In this document: in pieces, positions 46,208-50,489 of the stretch
Numbering within the stretch: the first letter of the stretch is position 1
How the letters are laid out: each line of letters starts with the position of its first letter
Assembly: GCA_044356295.1 (NCBI GenBank)
Contig: JBIKWN010000013.1
Location: 1 to 50,489 of the forward strand
DNA from: Bdellovibrionota bacterium
GTDB taxonomy: Bacteria > Bdellovibrionota_C > UBA2361 > JBIKWN01
Length of the DNA stretch: 50,489 bases
Direction of reading: 5' to 3'
Position numbers and translations under genes: made by a program
The notes under the pieces: generated by a model
Databases searched by the model: none
Told to the model about the DNA's origin: nothing
What the model saw: only the letters and a program-made list of their open reading frames with translations

Positions 46208-48796
46208 TTAGCAAGCAGATTTATAGCTTGCATCAGGAATATCATTGAGGAGTCTTCTCATGTTTGAGTAAACACTTCTTCCTTCTCTTTCAAGACGTTT
46301 CGATTGAGCTACTGGAGTTTTTGCTTTAGTCGCTTTTCGAATTTGTCTCATGACTCGAAGTACGACTTCAAGCTGTTTGTCGATTGCTCCGAATACTTTT
46401 GATTTTGTATTACCAAGCGAAGCTTGATTCGTACATCCAGTTGCACATGTGTAAACTGTTTGTGGAATCTCAGTCATGATAGCTCCCCAACTTGCTACAT
46501 ATGCTGCTCGTGCATCTCTATTAGCTTTTAAGATAAAAGCTTTATTCGCTTTCGTAGAGCGAGCATATTTTTTGAATACTTTAAGACCGCTATTCACTTT
46601 CTTAACAAGTTGATCTGCTAAGATATCTGAAGAAGCCAATGCTCCACCAACATTTAAAGGTAAGCATACATTTGTAGGTGTATTTGTTGGTGTTGGTGTA
46701 GGCGTTCCTTCTTGTCCACCTGGAGTTGGAGTAGAAGTTGGTGTGTTTGTCGCGGTTGAAGTAGGAGTGTTAGTCCTTGTTGGCGTCACTGTTGGGGTAT
46801 TCGTCGCAGTCGGCGTTACTGTGGGTGTATTTGTTGGAGTCTGTGTTCCAGTTGGAGTGCTCGTTGCCGTATGAGTAGGCGTTGAAGTTGGGGTATTTGT
46901 TCTTGTCGGCGTAACTGTCGGGGTATTCGTATTGGTTGGTGTTACGGTTGGAGTATTAGTTCTAGTAGGGGTAATAGTTGGAGTATTGGTATTTGTCGGA
47001 GTTACCGTTGGTGTATTAGTTTTAGTCGGAGTTACTGTCGGGGTATTCGTACTGGTAGGAGTATTAGTTCTAGTTGGTGTAACAGTCGGGGTATTGGTAT
47101 TCGTAGGTGTTACGGTTGGAGTATTAGTTCTAGTAGGTGTAATAGTAGGAGTATTGGTATTAGTTGGAGTAACTGTCGGAGTATTGGTATTCGTAGGAGT
47201 GTTTGTAGGGGTATTGGTAGGAGTATGCGTTGGTGTTGGAGTATTAGTAGGAGTATTAGTAGGAGTGTTTGTTGGAGTAGGAGTAGGACAAGCGATAGGC
47301 TTACAAGTTCCGCCATTTACAGCGGTATCACAAGTAGCGCCACAAGAACCAGGGAATTGATCTTGTTTACACTCGATGAATTTTTGAGTTCTTTGGTTAA
47401 TAGTATTGAAAGTGTCTGTTAAGTTAGCAGTATTGGAAGTAAAGAAATAAGTCCCAGTACTGTCATTAGGAGAAGCGATCTGATCACGAAGGAAGTCTCT
47501 ACCTTTATCGAGTTCAGTCTGAGTACAAGAGCAAGTAGCATCGTTTAAGTAGACAGCAAAGACTTTCATACCGTTAGTGATAGCGGTGTCTCTGCGGTTT
47601 TTAGCTTCAATACGAGCATCTTCACAATCGCAAGGATTAGTACAAACTTGACCATTTAAGAGCTGGTTAGGACGCCCCGTACTAACAACGATAGTGTAGT
47701 TAGGAGTTTGCGGGTCACCGTATCCAGAATTGTAAGCAGAAGAGATATGTCTATCAGATATTTCTAAAGCACCAGCAAGAGGAGCAGTACCACAAGTGTA
47801 TGGGAACTGGTTAGACAGAGCGTGAGAGGCGCGGTAAGTATTTGTCGATGTGTGCTCAGCACCACCATTAGAACCGAAGTCTTTTCTAAGGAAGCCATCA
47901 TAATCCCAAGCAGTAGGAGGAGCAGGGAAGTTACAACCATTACTTGCAGCACTCCATCCTGGATGAGAAGCGTTACAAGTAGTACTTCCTGGAATAGAAG
48001 CACCGTTTGGATAGAAGACACCATTAAGGAGTGAGCTAAAGCGAGCGTAGTCTTTAAGGAGTGGTTTAGCAAAACCAACTGGCCATCCAGTAGAGTTACA
48101 TGCAGATGATGTACCGTAGTAGTAACCACCGACAGCGATTTGTGATCGTTCACGAAGAGCAGATTGATTCACTGCAAATTGCACAACAGCAGAGCGTTCA
48201 GCGATAGAGGAATTAGGAGAGACGCATGCTGAGTTATCAAGCATAAAAGAGATATCGCCTCGAGAGATCTGTCCGCAAACACCAACACCAGTTACATCAC
48301 AACGAGGTCCAGGAAGAATCTTTGCCTCTCCACAGATATTATCGGTACCACAACATGTTCCACATGCTGAAGTATCAACATCAGAGAGTCCGACCTGGAT
48401 GTAACTTGAAGAAGATGTATCAGTAGCAACAACACCACTTAATGTATAAGAGAAATTTCTACAGGTTGTACCAGATAAACCTTCCCAAACAATTCCAAGT
48501 ACACCGTTTGTATGGTTTCTTCTGATAGTAACTGAAGTAGATGGTGAAGTACTTACAACGTTAAATGCAGGAAAACAGCTTGGTACTCCAAGTGAAAACA
48601 CACTAATGTTTCCAGCACCACTTGCTCCTGGGCATGCTTGGTAACTAAATGTGGTGTTAGCTCCCGATGCACTCGATCCTAAAAAACTTACGTTCCACCC
48701 GTCGATGTTCACACTCTGTGCATGGGCTGCGACTGAAATAAGGAACACCAATACTGATGTAAAAAGAATTCTAAGAGTAGTCAGTGAGGTTTGCAT
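46208..48796 (-). CDS. Secreted Cys-rich protein: signal peptide, beta-rich domain, vWA-like domain, Thr/Pro repeat linker, four-Cys basic C-terminal domain (ATG at 48796 preferred over 48889)
   Basis: Signal [19 protein letters not shown]. vWA-like elements [36 protein letters not shown]. ~205-aa TP tract. The upstream TTG at 48889 lies inside a terminator hairpin. Confidence 0.85.
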   Translation of the reverse strand: MQTSLTTLRILFTSVLVFLISVAAHAQSVNIDGWNVSFLGSSASGANTTFSYQACPGASGAGNISVFSLGVPSCFPAFNVVSTSPSTSVTIRRNHTNGVLGIVWEGLSGTTCRNFSYTLSGVVATDTSSSSYIQVGLSDVDTSACGTCCGTDNICGEAKILPGPRCDVTGVGVCGQISRGDISFMLDNSACVSPNSSIAERSAVVQFAVNQSALRERSQIAVGGYYYGTSSACNSTGWPVGFAKPLLKDYARFSSLLNGVFYPNGASIPGSTTCNASHPGWSAASNGCNFPAPPTAWDYDGFLRKDFGSNGGAEHTSTNTYRASHALSNQFPYTCGTAPLAGALEISDRHISSAYNSGYGDPQTPNYTIVVSTGRPNQLLNGQVCTNPCDCEDARIEAKNRRDTAITNGMKVFAVYLNDATCSCTQTELDKGRDFLRDQIASPNDSTGTYFFTSNTANLTDTFNTINQRTQKFIECKQDQFPGSCGATCDTAVNGGTCKPIACPTPTPTNTPTNTPTNTPTPTHTPTNTPTNTPTNTNTPTVTPTNTNTPTITPTRTNTPTVTPTNTNTPTVTPTRTNTPTSTNTPTVTPTKTNTPTVTPTNTNTPTITPTRTNTPTVTPTNTNTPTVTPTRTNTPTSTPTHTATSTPTGTQTPTNTPTVTPTATNTPTVTPTRTNTPTSTATNTPTSTPTPGGQEGTPTPTPTNTPTNVCLPLNVGGALASSDILADQLVKKVNSGLKVFKKYARSTKANKAFILKANRDARAAYVASWGAIMTEIPQTVYTCATGCTNQASLGNTKSKVFGAIDKQLEVVLRVMRQIRKATKAKTPVAQSKRLEREGRSVYSNMRRLLNDIPDASYKSAC
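46670..47285 (-). repeat. Coding Thr/Pro tandem repeat (10-aa unit TNTPT[V/I]TPT[N/R/K] plus TNTP units)
   Basis: Visible 30-nt periodicity with synonymous variation. Confidence 0.9.
47286..48081. repeat. Direct repeat copy A (796 bp) of 49694..50489
   Basis: Constant offset of 2408 bp at both ends, no indels; about 44 mismatches by hand count (~94% identity). Confidence 0.92.
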
Positions 48797-48866
48797 GAAA
48801 TTAACCGAAAAATAAAGTCCCATACTTGTAATGGGTAAATTTCGTAGGAAGTAACATAAAAAGCAT

Positions 48867-48908
48867 AAAGAAAGCCCCCAAGATATCAATACCTTAGGGG
48901 CTTTCTTT
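48867..48908 (-). terminator. Rho-independent terminator between the two paralogs
   Basis: aaagaaagcccc...ggggctttcttt stem. The two inner mismatches become G-U pairs on the minus-strand RNA, and a U-rich tail follows. 16 nt after the 48925 stop. Confidence 0.8.
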
Positions 48909-48924
48909 TTGAGCTGCCTATTTT

Positions 48925-50489
48925 TTAGCAGGCATTTCTGTAACCAGCATCAGGGACGTCGTTTAGGAGGCGTCGCATGTTTGTTGAGATACTTCTTCCT
49001 TCACGCTCAAGTCTATCTGCTTGTGTACGTGGAGTTTTCGATTTGATGCGTCTCTTAATTTCACGAGTTGTTCTTAAGATAACTTCAAGTTGTCCATTAA
49101 TACCGCTAAAGATTGTTGTCTTCGCGCTAAATACTGTTTGTTGTCCAGTACAACCTGATGGGCAGTTGTAAACAGTTGCAGGAAGTAATCCAAAGATATC
49201 TCCCCATGTTTTTACGTAAGCACTTTTTGCATCAGCGCGAGCTTTCTTGATGAAAGCTAATACTTTTTTATTTTTAGGAAATGCTTTTTGAAGTATTCGA
49301 GTTGCGCTAACAACTTTCTTATTCAACTGATCAGATTGTATATCTGTAGTTGCAAGAGCCCCATCAATTTTTATTGGAACGCACTCAGATTGTCCACCAG
49401 GTGTTGGTGTTGCAGTTGGTGTGTTCGTTGACGTAGGCGTAGGAGTTACCGTTGGAGTTTGCGTACTAGTAGGAGTATTTGTCGGAGTCGGTGTACGTGT
49501 TGGTGTATTTGTTGGCGTATTTGTTGGAGTTGGTGTTCTCGTAGGAGTCACCGTAGGAGTATTAGTATTAGTTGGAGTAACAGTCGGAGTATTAGTTCTA
49601 GTAGGTGTTACTGTAGGAGTATTTGTCGGTGTACTAGTAGGCGTACTCGTTGGCGTATTAGTATGTGTCGGAGTAGGCGTAGGTGTAATAGTAGGACAAA
49701 CGATAGGCTTACAAGTTCCACCATTTACAGCAGTATCACAAGTAGCACCGCAAGAGCCCGGGAATTGATCTTGTTTACACTCGATGAATTGTTGAGTTCT
49801 TTGGTTAATAGTATCGAAAGTACTTGTTAAGTTAGCAGTATTGGAAGTAAAGAAATAAGTACCAGTAGCATCATCAGGAGAAGCGATTTGGAAACGAAGG
49901 AAGTCTCTACCTTTATCGAGTTCAGTCTGAGTACAAGAACAAGTAGCATCGTTTAAGTAGACAGCAAAGACTTTCATACCGTTAGAGATAGCAGTGTCTC
50001 TGCGGTTTTTAGCTTCAATACGAGCCTCTTCACAATCGCACGGGTTAGAACAAGCTACACCATTTAAAAGTTGGTTAGGACGCCCCGTGCTAACAACGAT
50101 AGTGTAGTTAGGAGTTTGCGGGTCACCGTATCCAGAATTGTAAGCAGAAGAGATATGTCTATCAGATATTTCTAAAGCACCAGCAAGAGGAGCAGTACCA
50201 CAAGTGTATGGGAACTGGTTAGACAGAGCGTGAGAAGCGCGGTAAGTATTTGTAGATGTATGTTCAGCACCACCATTAGAACCGAAATCTTTTCTAAGGA
50301 AACCATCATAATCCCAAGCAGTAGGAGGAGATGGGAAGTTACAACCATTACTTGCAGCACTCCATCCTGGATGAGAAGAGTTACAAGTAGTACTTCCTGG
50401 GATAGAAGCACCGTTTGGATAGAAGACACCATTAAGGAGTGAGCTAAAGCGAGCGTAGTCTTTAAGGAGTGGTTTAGCAAAACCAACTG
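48925..50489 (-). CDS. Paralogous vWA-like/Thr-Pro-repeat protein with the four-Cys C-terminal domain (N-terminus beyond the window)
   Basis: The frame stays open upstream of the ATG at 49977 to the window end and matches the 46208 protein (..[14 protein letters not shown]..). The 350-aa ORF call is an internal start. Confidence 0.9.
   Translation of the reverse strand, partial: VGFAKPLLKDYARFSSLLNGVFYPNGASIPGSTTCNSSHPGWSAASNGCNFPSPPTAWDYDGFLRKDFGSNGGAEHTSTNTYRASHALSNQFPYTCGTAPLAGALEISDRHISSAYNSGYGDPQTPNYTIVVSTGRPNQLLNGVACSNPCDCEEARIEAKNRRDTAISNGMKVFAVYLNDATCSCTQTELDKGRDFLRFQIASPDDATGTYFFTSNTANLTSTFDTINQRTQQFIECKQDQFPGSCGATCDTAVNGGTCKPIVCPTITPTPTPTHTNTPTSTPTSTPTNTPTVTPTRTNTPTVTPTNTNTPTVTPTRTPTPTNTPTNTPTRTPTPTNTPTSTQTPTVTPTPTSTNTPTATPTPGGQSECVPIKIDGALATTDIQSDQLNKKVVSATRILQKAFPKNKKVLAFIKKARADAKSAYVKTWGDIFGLLPATVYNCPSGCTGQQTVFSAKTTIFSGINGQLEVILRTTREIKRRIKSKTPRTQADRLEREGRSISTNMRRLLNDVPDAGYRNAC
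49400..49693 (-). repeat. Coding Thr/Pro repeat (shorter than in the paralog)
   Basis: ~98 aa of TPT/TNTP units. Confidence 0.85.
49694..50489. repeat. Direct repeat copy B of 47286..48081 (runs to the window end)
   Basis: See copy A. Confidence 0.92.

Noticed and set aside
46670..47285. Periodic repeats as a CRISPR array
   Set aside because: They are degenerate in-frame coding repeats with no unique spacers and no cas genes.
46932..47360. Val/Gly-rich plus-strand ORF (also 49421..49768, 49459..49830 and 18544..18996)
   Set aside because: Antisense shadows of Thr/Pro codon repeats in real genes.
48797..48889. 31-aa N-terminal extension of the 893-aa ORF call
   Set aside because: The TTG start lies within the terminator hairpin of the upstream gene, and the ATG at 48796 gives a normal signal peptide.
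47286..50489. Near-identical repeat pair as a DGR template/variable region
   Set aside because: The repeat is ~800 bp, both copies are coding, mismatches are largely synonymous and not adenine-specific, and no reverse transcriptase is in the window.

Overview
AT-rich bacterial chromosomal window. The lineage is probably deltaproteobacteria-like or Bdellovibrionota-like, inferred only from protein style. In order it contains: the end of a flagellar basal-body/export operon (flgC-fliE-fliF-fliH-fliI-fliJ-MotE/YlxF-like, with fliG missing); an alpha/beta hydrolase; a PhoB/PhoR-like pair; an uncharacterised divergent pair (a 1152-aa wHTH + degenerate + intact-looking metallophosphoesterase protein facing a 733-aa GGDEF + degenerate-GGDEF protein); ettA-purK-purE; a secreted Pro/Thr-rich protein; a Uup-like ABC-F; a kinase, small lipoprotein and SDR; an alcohol dehydrogenase; a liv transporter whose LivG carries a hydrophobic insertion; rsmE; a B12-photoreceptor-type/XRE regulator heading a furan/cyclopropane fatty-acid-type cluster with a DUF1365-Cfa fusion; a small MITE-like hairpin element; five glycosyltransferases; and two tandem secreted vWA-like/Thr-Pro-repeat paralogs. 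The strongest novelty candidates are (i) a shared ~150-aa four-Cys basic C-terminal domain on three secreted PT-linker proteins (possible undescribed sorting/anchoring domain), (ii) the B12-sensor-XRE regulator plus lipid-modification cluster, and (iii) the phosphoesterase/GGDEF pair. No rRNA, tRNA, CRISPR array or transposase was recognised. All calls are by motif reading; no database searches were run.
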